Made by a program: the position numbers and the translations under genes. The notes under the pieces were generated by a model. That model saw only the letters and a program-made list of their open reading frames with translations, was not told where the DNA came from and did not search any database. Below, piece after piece: positions 15,174 through 27,327 of a stretch of 64,000 nt of DNA. The stretch is from Octopus sinensis (taxonomy: Eukaryota): the NCBI RefSeq assembly GCF_006345805.1, contig NC_043012.1, positions 18,166,001-18,230,000 on the forward strand, given 5' to 3'. Numbering within the stretch: position 1 is the first letter of the stretch; each line of letters opens with the position of its first letter.

Positions 15174-15340
15174 TACGACAGGCTTCTTTCAGTTTCCATC
15201 TACCAAATCCACTCACAAGGCATTGGTCGGCCCGGGGCTATAGCAGAAGACACATACCCAAGATGCCACGCAGTAGGACTGAACCCGGAACCATGTGGTT
15301 GGTTAGCAAGCTACTTACCACACAGCCACTCCTACGCCTA
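14905..15340 (-). mobile_element. tRNA-derived SINE, family 2 (CORE-like centre, internal CA/TA microsatellite)
   Basis: Reverse complement has head 'taggcgtaggagtggctgtgtggtaagtagcttgctaaccaaccacatggttccgggttcagtcc'; near-identical layout at 22.8-23.3 and 50.0-50.4 kb. Confidence 0.9.
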
Positions 15341-15626
15341 TATATACATATATATGCATAGGAAATAGTGGCACAACAAGGTACCAATGTTTGCTGGATA
15401 TAGCAGTCGATAACTGTACGATACTATTGAAGAACTTCATTGACTGCATAGAAGCAAAGATGTGCGCAGGCAGCGAACATAATAAAGTTTCATCTCCCCT
15501 CTGGGAGAGAAGAGACGCCAGGGGTAATTATAATTATTACTGCGAGTATTTATAATTCAACTTTTATGGTCTCCATTGCTGGAAAATGATTCTATTGTCT
15601 TATAATAATGCTTATTATTTTATATA

Positions 15627-15668
<42 letters not shown>

Positions 15669-16009
15669 TATATATATATCTTTCTATGTATGTATGTATG
15701 TATGTATATATATATATTATATATATATATATATATATAGATATATATATATATTTTAGTATGACAACAAAAAATGAATGAGATCTCGATATTAAGTGAG
15801 CTGAGGACTCTATCTGTAATAAAATGTGTGCCATTATTCGGTTGCCATAATAAAACTCCAAGTGTCAGTTGTGGCGGAAAACTGCTCCGGCATCTCGTCA
15901 GTTACTGAAGCAACGAAAAGATGCTATGAAAATGACCGTAAAATAAGGGGAAAAACCAAATGGGAGAAAGTAATATAAGTAAACAAGCTCATAGAAATGG
16001 CGTATATAT

Positions 16010-16561
16010 ATATTATGAGAATTGAAGCTCCCCAAAGGTCAATCACAAAAAAGATAGATGGCATGTCAGACCTTGACTACTGGGGTAGACTAGAGAAGCT
16101 GAAATTTTATTCACTCCAACGACGCCGTGAACGCTACATTATCTGTATGATGTGGAAAATATTCCATCAGCACTGTCCGAATGATGTTGGCATCACCTTC
16201 AAAATGCATCCAAGGCTTCGACCACGTGCCATCCGTCCACAACAAAAATCTAAATCGCATCACATAACGACAATACGGCACAACTATTTCACCTCAATTG
16301 GACCCGCTCTCTTCAACATTACACCAGGACACGTCAAAAAAGAAACTGACCACACAAAATTCAAGAAGTCTTTGGACAAATTCCTTCAAACAGTACCGGA
16401 CAAACCACCCACACCGGGATATGTCTCCGCAAACAATAACTCTCTGCTCGAATGGGCCTTGGTGCCCAAATCCTGAACTGAAAGACTTCGCCAGCTGGTG
16501 CTATTAAGTTAGACATGGCCTGGGCCAATACTGGCCAAAAACCTTTCTAAGTTATTCTAAG

Positions 16562-16563
<2 letters not shown>
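16010..16563 (+). mobile_element. 5'-truncated CR1/L2-like LINE 3' end (ORF2 C-terminus and 3' UTR)
   Basis: ORF 15997..16476 contains QRSITKKIDGMSDLDYWGRLEKLKFYSLQRRRERY and KFKKSLDKFL, typical of the CR1-group post-RT C-terminus; ends in the short tandem repeat ttctaagtta-ttctaagtt. Confidence 0.85.
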
Positions 16564-16598
<35 letters not shown>

Positions 16599-16603
<5 letters not shown>

Positions 16604-16900
16604 AATTCCCACAAAGAAGAATAAACCTGGCAAAACAACGCGAGGACGTGATATAAGTAATGTATTATCAGACGCTCAGGAAAGGAAAGAAAGAGTATTG
16701 AACGTTTCAAGCAAACCTCTTCTTCAAAAATATAGGAAAGTCCAAAAGAAGGGAAGACAGAGGAAGAAAATCGCCAATGATTCACACGTGCTTACATTTT
16801 GAAATGACCGGAAGGGAGTGGGTGAAGAAAAGTTCTTTCTAAGACAGGAGAGCTTACTATTTCTGGATATGTTTAATATGGACTACATTCTGTAACGTTG
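16599..16900 (-). mobile_element. PLE-like 3' tail fragment with decayed hammerhead motif
   Basis: Minus strand of 16701-16727 reads TTGAAGA-A-GAGG-TTT-GCTT-GAAACGTT, i.e. an HHR layout with core and stem II mutations. Confidence 0.45.
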
Positions 16901-18006
16901 GTGGTTATTGAAGTTTTGCTTAGATCTTACAACTAGTAGACAATCCTGGATAATTCCATGTAAATATTCATGTAGTAGGTTATATAAGTGGGCTGAATGC
17001 GCACTTTCTTGATTAGGGACATACATGACAATCCAGAAGTTAGTAAACTTGTTTACAATTTTCATAAAACAGAAGCATATATAACTTCAATGTTCTCGAT
17101 TCGCTATTCATGAAAGGTTAATAAAATTTTAATGCTCGCGTAATTATATAAAATGTCAAGGACGTATTGTCTGTCTATGTATCGTAAATTGTGTCTAGAG
17201 AGATAACGAGTGTCATAACAAAAAATATTAATTATTAATTGTGAAAAATATGATTGCTCTCTCTTGACTTACATATATAGGGAAGTGGTATGAGCATAGC
17301 AATTATTGAAATGGGTAAGTATCCCTAGACTCATAGAACTAATATCAAGTGGGTGAGGGTGTGCACGAGATGAATAGATCATAGAACTTGCAGTAAGGTG
17401 ATTATGTTTGTGTCTATTAGAAGAGGCAATTATAGATCCCTAGCTTGATGTTTTGATTTTCGTTATTTCTTCCTTGCCTGTTTGAAACCAATACATTGCA
17501 ACTGTTGCAACAATTTTAGCCAATTTAATTTTATAAGTTTCAATTTTATAAGAATAACGTAATAAATGAGTAATGGCTAATGATACGTCCACGAATCCAT
17601 GGATAAGAGCACAAGCAACAGTCATGAGTACACATAACTACCCCAGTTATATCTAAATGTAAAATCCTTTAGCCAGCCTCAGCACACGTGTGAACTATTC
17701 TGAAGCAGAGCTTATAGTGGTTACCAGTCCCTAAGTGAATGGTAATATATATACTACTAATGTAGGATGAAGTATTATTCAGACAAAAAATTTATCAAAA
17801 AGTGGCAGCATGTTAAATTACCTTTAAAGGTTAAAATTATAAACAACTTATAAACAAGGGCAAAATAAAAATTATTTACATGCCAATATGCTGATAACAC
17901 TTTAAATCGTCCATTTCCATATATTATACACTCACTATAAAGTCATGACGTGCTGAAATCGGGGATAGATAGCCAACAGAATTTAAAAAAAATATAGTTT
18001 GTTATT

Positions 18007-18319
18007 ACGGAGATGTATTTGCATAGCAAGTGATTTGATCTGAGATCGTGTGCTGAAATGAAAACAATTGCAGCGTGGAAGGTGTTTGTAAGCCATTTAA
18101 GAAAAACACAAAAGCCGTTCGATTCACTTCAAGATCTAAGTTTAATTTGTCAAAAATCCGGGCTGCATCCGTGCAGCACGGATTTTTTTCAGTGAACAGG
18201 TCGCGGTCTTAAAGCGACGAAAATATTTTGACAAATTAAACTTAAATGTTGAAGTGAATCGAACAGCTTTCGTGTGTTTCTTAAATGGCTTACAAACACC
18301 TTCCACGCTGCAATTGTTT
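18007..18319. mobile_element. Fold-back PLE-like non-autonomous element (family C) with 12-bp TSD
   Basis: Inverted arms about 18061-18155 and 18226-18320; one-sided extension 18007-18060; TAGTTTGTTATT at 17995-18006 and 18320-18331. Confidence 0.8.
18185..18235 (+). ncRNA. Candidate minimal type I hammerhead ribozyme with G3-C8 variant core
   Basis: Stem I TTTTTCA/TGACAAA (one mismatch); core GTGAACA plus one extra G; stem II GTCGC/GCGAC; GAAA; palindromic AATATT in place of stem III; H17=U at 18228. Confidence 0.6.
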
Positions 18320-18789
18320 TAGTTTGTTATTTCTGTATTGAATCAATTTCTACTGAAGAGGGAAGAATCCATAGGATCACAAAGTCTTGTCAGAGAAGGT
18401 CCGATTATTTAGCGACAGCAGCTTCTTTATTCGTGAGTCTGGATACGAGAGTCTGGGTGCGGCAGCAGTAAGACCGGTGATTACATGTGTATGTGCGTAT
18501 GTGTGTGCACGCGCGTTTGCATGCGTGCGTGTATGTATGGGTGGGCTTATGTGTATGTGTGCCTGTCTGAGTGCGTGCATATTCGCGTGCACTGGTGCCT
18601 ACTACATATGCGTGCATGCGCGAACACGTTTATTGAGTTAGTTTGGGTGTGTGTGCGTATGTACAATCTTGCATTTGTTTGTGAATATATGAGTGCGCGC
18701 GTCTGTATGCGTGTGAGGATGTGTGTGCATATAGAAGCTTGTATTTGTATGTTTATGTTGTAGGAGATGCATGAGTTTGTTTGGGTCAA

Positions 18790-19460
18790 ACTTATTTTAG
18801 GGGTTGTCGTTAGTCAGCGGTTGGTGCGCCAGCATTTGTGCTTTGAGAGGGGATAAGTTTTATGGAACTTAAAGGTAAAGTGTTTGTGTGGTGGTTACGT
18901 GACCCTCAACACGATCCTGTATGTTAAGGTGAATATCTAACACCTTCGTTTATGTATTTATGTCATTGAATGAGGGGATGCAGGTTCTCTTCTATGTCTT
19001 GGAGTCTTGAGCTGTCTTGCGTGTGTGTGGGTGATTTTATCATAAATGTTCTTTGTTTTGTCTTCGAAGATATGTACATTAGTCGATTGTTTAATTTTTG
19101 CCAAGTAATCATTTAAAGACTTGAAGAATGGGTTAGAACCATGCCGAAAATTTACTTTCTTTATGATGTTCCATAATACTGCCTCGAAGCACTCAATGTT
19201 CTTCATCGGGTAAAGGTACTTTCAGGATTTGAAGTCGACCTTCTCTGCAGATGTATTAGTGGATGCATTCCCGTTGAAGAAGGCCTTCCTGTGCATGTGC
19301 TTCATAACGATTTAAGTTTTCTCCGCGAGACGCCTGGAGAAAAAATTCATTGGGGGCATTCGAATATTTTTCGGCGAGTACAACATTGGTTGTTTCTTCA
19401 TTGCAAACTGTCAGCCAGACATTTGTGGGTGGAGTTCAAAACAGCCTGGAGTACTTGTAG
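18790..19460 (-). mobile_element. Degenerate Penelope-like retroelement ORF fragment (region N-terminal to the RT core)
   Basis: Manual translation gives HMHRKAFFNG...DFKS*KYLYPMKNIECFEAVLWNIIKKVNFR...VHIFEDKTKNIY, resembling the PLE pre-RT 'ADK' motif region; many disablements. Confidence 0.55.
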
Positions 19461-19608
19461 GAGAGATTGGGCAGAATAAAGAAAAAAGGCAATCAGATCA
19501 TTTAGTGGGGAGTTAGGTATCATAATTTAAAAAGTGTTTCATTCGGTATTTTCTTTAGAAGCCCGCAAAACTGAAATCGCGTGGAGCCGAATCACACTGC
19601 TTTAGATA

Positions 19609-19623
19609 ACAATAACAGTAATG

Positions 19624-19702
<79 letters not shown>

Positions 19703-19830
19703 TGAGGATGATGATGATAATGATAATGATAATGCAGAAGAAGAAGAATGAGGAGGAGGAGAAAAGAAGAAGGAGGAGGAGAAGAAAGAGAATAAGAATA
19801 AGAAGAAGAAGAGGAGACCGAGGGTACTAT
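19609..19830. repeat. (AAT)n/(GAA)n microsatellite
   Basis: Directly visible. Confidence 0.95.
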
Positions 19831-19839
19831 ACTGGTAGC

Positions 19840-20560
19840 GAAAGAGCAAGCTTTGGCCACGAACTGGAGAGTGAACCTTAGGAATGTCAAATATCTTCGC
19901 TGTGTAGCATCTGCAATAGAGCGGATGAAACCATTGCCCATGTCACGAACAAAGGAAGTAGACTTGCCCAAAACCACAACTTGTGGTGGCATAATCAAGT
20001 AGCGGAAGTGCTAAATTGGAGACTGTGCGAAAAGAAGGGGCTACAGAGAGGCAAGACGCAGAGAGTGGTGGAGTCGGAGACTAGCAAAATCCTCTCGGAT
20101 TTCCCAATCGAGATAGATCATGTGCTAGAATATAACAGACCGGATCTCGGGTTGGTGGACAAGATGCACCACATATATTATATAGTTGGTGCTGCACGCC
20201 CCTCTGACCCACGAATAGTCAAGAAGGTAGGTGAAAGAATAGATAGATACAAGACTCTTAAGTATGAAATAGACTGGAAAATGAAAAAGGTGAAAATAGT
20301 GCCAACTATTGTTGGGTCTTTAGAAACAGTATCAGAAGGTAACAGGGGGAATACAAAGACAATTGGAATCGAGTGCCCAGTAGATCTGTTGCAAAAGCTT
20401 TGCCTCCTTGGCATGGCCAGAATAAGCAGAAAATTATGAGATCACATAAAAAAGAACGGATAGATGGTACCGTAGGCTGCAGGTAGCAATCACGTTGCAT
20501 CTGCAAGACTCCAGGAGCCCCAACAAAACCTGTTATAAAGAGAAATAATAGCAATGATAA
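19840..20560 (+). mobile_element. 5'-truncated non-LTR retrotransposon with restriction-like endonuclease (Dong/R4-like)
   Basis: CxxC...ETIAH zinc-knuckle remnant followed by HNQVA, RPDLGLVD, RYKTLKYE, IVPTIVGSL, LLQKLCLLG (ORF 19981..20439). Confidence 0.85.
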
Positions 20561-21119
20561 TATACAAGCGCATGCTTTTCGAAATAGCAGATAATACGTT
20601 CACAATTCAATGAAATGTATTTATAATTTGATTCAAGTTTTCTTGTGTTGAAAATATTTCAAATTTTTTATTCATTTATATAAGTTTCTCTGACTTCTAA
20701 GGTAGTCAATATATTTCACACGTAGTCGATTTTAACATATCTCGGCTCCAAACGACAGACATAATTATATGATCGTATCTATTGTGTGTCGCAAAGAAAC
20801 AGATGCATTTGATAATATTTTTGACAAGAATATTCTTTTGGGAGCATATATTTATTCAACATCAGTTAACTATTCTGATTAAATACAATTACAAAATAAG
20901 GTTTGTCTCTAATGATTTGAAATACGTTACTTTCCTGTTATGCTTATCCGATTATCAACAACAAAAAAGTTATTAGTGTTGGCCAAACATATCTTCAACT
21001 TATTTACTTAGTCAATATAGTAAAGTCATCTTCGCTCAGTAAAGAACATATAAAGATCTGCAAATAAGTGTTCTATCTAGGAAACATCTATGTTGCTATC
21101 TAGCCTTGTATGAAGTTAA

Positions 21120-21545
<426 letters not shown>

Positions 21546-22079
21546 TATGCTCACGAATGTTTATAGACAGCGCTCACGTAGCAAAAATTGATTCCCGTTT
21601 TCATGTAAAACTTGAATCAGTGGAAAATTATTTTGAATTATTATATAGTGTGTGCGATGGTGTCAAGTATATATATTTACACTAATCAGTGCTTGATTCT
21701 ACACTTTTTTTAGATGTAAACTTTGAAAGCATGCATAACATCCTTACACAAATACAGGTATTTAAATGAAGTGGAGTTGAGAAAAGGGACGCCAAATATT
21801 TGAGGGAGGGAAAGTGTCTAATTCAATTGCACTCTATGTGCGTTGGATCTATTAATATAAATATCCATATATTTCTACTTAAATATTAATTTTTCGCTTT
21901 GTTTGTACATATATATATATATATATATTGTGTTTTATGCCATGCCTATCATATTATATTTAATATATCTAACTTGATAATCCATATAACAGCCTCTCGC
22001 ACACTTTCTCTCTCTCTCTCCTCTCGTTATCTCTCTCTCTATATATATATATAGTATATATATATATATATATATAGAT

Positions 22080-22390
22080 ATATCACTGTGATCACCGCGA
22101 CCGACCAGGCTATCAAATTTTGCTACACAGCGCTGGTCACAGTGCGCTTCGCATTGTTTTAGCGTTTAAATAACACCACCCCGCTGGCTAAGCGAGCAGG
22201 CCAACAGAAGAAAGAGTGAGAGAAAGTTGTGGCGAAAGAGTACAGCAGGGATACCCCCTGCCGGAGCCTCGTAGAGTTTTAGGTGTTTTCACCCAATAAA
22301 CACTCACAACGTCCGGTCTGGGAATCGAAACTGCGATCCTAAGACCGCGAGTCCTCTGCTCTAACCACTGGGCCATTGCACATCCACACA
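22080..22390 (-). mobile_element. tRNA-derived SINE, family 3
   Basis: Reverse complement head 'gcaatggcccagtggttagagcagaggactcgcggtcttaggatcgcagtttcgattccc' has A- and B-box-like motifs; the same head occurs at 30.9 kb. Confidence 0.85.
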
Positions 22391-22424
22391 CACACACATA
22401 TATATATATATGTATGTATATAAA

Positions 22425-22740
22425 TATGCGTAGCTGTTGGGTGAGAAGTTAGCTTCCAAATTACACGGTTCTGTGTTCAGCCTCACTTGTGCCTTCTTGG
22501 GCAGGTGTCTACTACTATAGCCTCAGACCGACCAAAGCCTTGTGAGTGGGTTCGGGAGACGGAAACTGAACGAATTCTGTCGTATATATAACTCGATGTA
22601 TGTCTCTTAGTCTGTATGTGTCCCAACACGATTGCTTCACAACCGGTTTTGCTGTTTTTACGTCGCTGTAACTTAGCGGTTTGGTAAAAGTAAACGACAG
22701 AATAAATACAAGGCTTTAAAAAACATCCTGCGCCGATTTA
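22425..22740 (+). mobile_element. Degenerate SINE family 2
   Basis: 'ttgggcaggtgtctactactatagcctcagaccgaccaaagccttgtgagtgg' matches the family-2 centre. Confidence 0.75.
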
Positions 22741-22839
22741 TCGATTCATTCGGCTAAAATTTCATCAATGCGGTGCTGCAGCATGGTCGCAATCTAATAC
22801 ACACACACATACATACATACAGTTTGAGAAGGTAATTTT

Positions 22840-23260
22840 TTTTTTTATTTGTTTCAGTCATTTGACTGCGGCCATGCTGGAGCACCGCATTTAGTCGAGC
22901 AAATCGACCCCAGGACTTATTCCTTGTAAGCCCAGTACTTATTCTATCGGTCTCTTTTGCCGAACCGCTAGGTGACGGGGACGTAAACACACCAGCATCG
23001 GTTGTCAAGCAATGCTAGGGGGACAAACACAGACACACAAACACAGACACACACACACCCACACACACACACATATATGTATATATATATATATATACGA
23101 CAGGCTTCTTTCAGTTTCTGTCTACCAAATCCACTCACAAGGCATTGGTCGGTACGGGGCTATAGCAGAAGACACTTGCCCAAGATGCCACGCAGTGTGA
23201 CTGAACCCGGAACCATGTGGCTGGTTAGCAAGCTACTTACCACACAGCCACTCCTGCGCC
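22840..23260 (-). mobile_element. tRNA-derived SINE, family 2 (full length)
   Basis: Collinear with the 14.9 and 50.0 kb copies. Confidence 0.9.
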
Positions 23261-23628
23261 TGTTATATTTACATATCGCCATGTTATAGTTTTAATTTCG
23301 CGCATGCACATTGTTTGTTTATAATTTTGTCGAGTACACAGGGTGTTAAGTTTAGTTGGATACCGTCAGTGAGAAAAGCAGTAACATGGCGTAATTCACT
23401 CACACAGAAATTTGGTAACGGCATCCTGTGCTGCTTGGCACTCGCGCCGGCAACTTCAACGTGAACAGATGGTGAATACGCAGAACAACCATTGGATTAC
23501 CAAGTCCCAAAAGATGAACCGACAAAAATCAAATATTCAGTCAACGTTGTAGTGGTAACTACGTCTGTTAAAATGAGATGTCAGTGTTATATTTATTTTG
23601 CGTAATTTAAACAACAATTTATTCACCG

Positions 23629-23629
<1 letters not shown>

Positions 23630-23668
<39 letters not shown>

Positions 23669-23680
23669 TTGTATATATAT

Positions 23681-23765
<85 letters not shown>

Positions 23766-23984
23766 TATATATATATATATATAAAGGATATTATATATAT
23801 ATATATATAACATATATATATAGTATATATATATATATACATATAATATATATTATGTATATATATATGTATATATATATATAATATAATATATATATAT
23901 ATATATATTATACATATATTATATAATATATATAATATATATATAGAAAGATATAATATATATATATATACATATATATATAAG

Positions 23985-24019
<35 letters not shown>

Positions 24020-24032
24020 GTATATATATATG

Positions 24033-24107
<75 letters not shown>

Positions 24108-24150
24108 TATATGTATCTATAGATAGAGATAGAGACAGATAGATGTGTGT
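23630..24150. repeat. (CT)n/(TA)n microsatellite block
   Basis: Directly visible. Confidence 0.95.
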
Positions 24151-25096
24151 GTGTAAATGTCGAATAATGGCAATGAGTGCTCAACGCACCATTCTTGAAC
24201 AGAATATGTTTATTTCGCTATTACGGCTATCATTGGTTTTATATCAAGAAAAATGGATACAAACATCATTACTCAATATGATCGGTTTGAGAAATTGGTA
24301 AGATATTAAGATATTTTTCTTAACATGAAGCCAACGTTGGCAATAACACACAAACGTAGATATAATCTAGATACAGTCTTTTGAACAAACGCCGTCTCTG
24401 TGATTTGTATACTTTCTCGTTAGGTTGGATAATATATTCGGCAGTAATAAACATGAACAACAACTAGGTATTGACGTTATTAAAATGAACATCAATATTA
24501 TCAATTTTTCCATCTCAGACATATATATCTGTGAGCTTAATAATACACCAACCGAAAATAATTAGGAATGAGACTGTTATGAGATTTAATACCTGTGCAA
24601 TTTTCTCTGTGAATAATGAATAATGTGAGTGGATGACACTAACTGGTACAAATAGACGATGAGGTGTGTTAGAAAAATGATTATTTGACGGAATGAACGA
24701 GAAAGATGTTCGTATATCATCACAAATATTAGTTCTGTAAGTAAATGCCTTATGGCTTCTCCAGTAGATGTCACTTCAACGATGTAGTGCATTGTAGTAT
24801 TGCTCTCTTGATTCATTTGTTGAGAATAACATTTGAATCCTAAATAAAGATTCTTTCAAGATGTTGAACGAACTACCCATGTTTCCAAAGGTGAATTATC
24901 CAAACCTCTAATAATTCCTTTCAACACACGGATATGATGCCCCCCCACTGCTTCTGCTCTTGGTCAGAGATGCACATATCGTCAGCCACTAAGGGACAGG
25001 GTCAACTGGTTAAGTTCAAACCACTGACACGCAAATATGTGGTATTGAACAGAATATTTGCTGTAGCTCATCTTTTACACCCAGACAAAACAATGC

Positions 25097-25109
25097 ATTA
25101 TTTTTATTA

Positions 25110-25171
<62 letters not shown>

Positions 25172-25181
25172 GTTGTTATTA

Positions 25182-25257
<76 letters not shown>

Positions 25258-25280
25258 CATCATCATCATCATTATTATTA
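25097..25280. repeat. (TAT)n/(CAT)n microsatellite
   Basis: Directly visible. Confidence 0.95.
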
Positions 25281-25422
25281 ATTTCCCCAAGACCCCTGAT
25301 GAAGCTGGAGTGTATATCAGCCGAAACGTTGTGTTAGCAACAAACAAGTTGAGGACAAATGTCCCTCAAATGTAAATAATGTAAATAATGTGCACAATTC
25401 CTCATCTCCTAAATATAGAACT
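25281..25422 (+). mobile_element. HHR-bearing 3' tail of family A element (5'-truncated)
   Basis: Matches 60428-60575 and ends at the same 'aaatatagaact'; HHR motif at 25291-25335. Confidence 0.85.
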
Positions 25423-26851
25423 ATATATAACTTTAAAGTTTTTTGGTATAATTACAGTAGTTCATATTTTCTATGATTAAATGGAATTTATATTTTAAAA
25501 CGATACCCCATTTGAAGCTTGCTAAGTACAGAGTATGTAGAGACAAAGCTTAATCCGAAACATTGATATTGTCTTGACCATAATTATAATTGTGCCAAAC
25601 ATGTGTATAAAGATTTCCATTACGAAATGAAGTGTTCAAAATTCTTAACCGCGAATGGTGCGTCATGCTTCGTATTGTTCAGTATACTTAACTCAACAAT
25701 TTATAAGAAAAAGAAAGAAAAACATTGATAGCCAGAGAATTCTTTTTTTTTTATCTTTATCAGGTTCATGCCTAAATCGGCAGCGGACCAGTCATTATGT
25801 GTTCTTCGACGCATGAAACGCATTTCAATACTAGAGTAAATTATAACATTTTTCTATTTTTATTTGATCATAAAACTACTCATGCAACGTGCCTTAGCAA
25901 GATTCCTCTGAATATAAAGGTCTCAGCGGAAATACTTTCTGATCTCAAACATATTATTAAATAAGTAGATTTTTCAATCTAGTATTTATGTCCAAAATGA
26001 TCGGTGGATTGGTCCAGCGAATAAGAGATCGCTATGTTAGTGAAAACGATGTTGAGTTTACGATAGAATAATAATTCAATAGGTTTTATTAATACGTCGC
26101 TAAGCTACGGATCCATGAATTGCTTCGCTTTTTCAGCTATGAAATCAAGAAATTACTTCTTAATGCATATCACTGAATATCGCTTTGTGCCATCTAGTAT
26201 TCATGTGACAAAGCAATTGTGTTTTCAAACGTTATATTACCACTCCTGAAATTGAAAATATGCCGTTTCGGCATTTCATACGTTAGAATTTTCCTAATCG
26301 TTAAAGGTTGATCCTGCTTTGAAAGAAATCATGAGGGCATTTTCTCCCTGTGTTGAACGATTTTATAATCAATTGATGACTGATGCATGCTAGGATAATG
26401 ATTTTAAATTCCTAGTGAACGGACAAAAATTCCCGTCCTTTGCCATGCTGCTCTCTCAAAGAAGCTTACTTTGAGGGAGCGGTAGCTATAGGCTAAAACC
26501 TTCTTAGTGAATATTAAAACTTCATAAATAGAATGATATGAGGTATGACATTTCTTTAGAATTTTGGCGACTTGTCTTGAAATTTCTTACACATAAAAAT
26601 ACAAAAGTTTGAAGTAGGTTAACTTTGAAACATGTGGTGGAGAAGGTGCTTTTCATATCATTCCGAAGAAGATTCAAAGGAAGATACATAAAATTGCTTA
26701 AAACATCAACTTTAAAAATAGACCACGAGGTCAAGCTCTATATTCCTGTTCTTGTATGTTTTCTATTTCTACGACTTGTTTGTCGTTTAAATGAAATATA
26801 TTAAAAGTTAAGCTGATGTAGTACATGCAAAAAGTAACACACATACACACA

Positions 26852-26890
<39 letters not shown>

Positions 26891-27254
26891 ACACACACAC
26901 ACACACACACAAACATGTATGCATGAATACAGTTGTAATGTTTACATGAGATACCTGGAGCAAGTTTAACATTTGAACTCTGTTAGAAATAGGTGAACAT
27001 ATACGAAATAATTTCCTTTTTCCATCTTTGAATAAACTTTTTCCATATTACATTCGGACGTCGAAAATAATATTCGCTTGCTATCACTTTCGTTTTCCAA
27101 CAATAATTGTATTTGTAATACAAATATCGGAAATATGTTCATATGTGATGTTGGCAAAGGGCAAAATAATGCAGTATAAGTGTTCTGATTTCACAGAGAT
27201 AATATATAATGACGGAATTGCATGATGAAAACAAAAGAGCGAAACACAAATCTA

Positions 27255-27327
<73 letters not shown>

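Noticed and set aside
22310-22390. tRNA genes at SINE heads (also 30.9, 41.0 and 60.4 kb)
   Set aside because: Acceptor and T stems are incomplete and each continues into a repeat body; these are tRNA-derived SINE heads, not tRNA genes.
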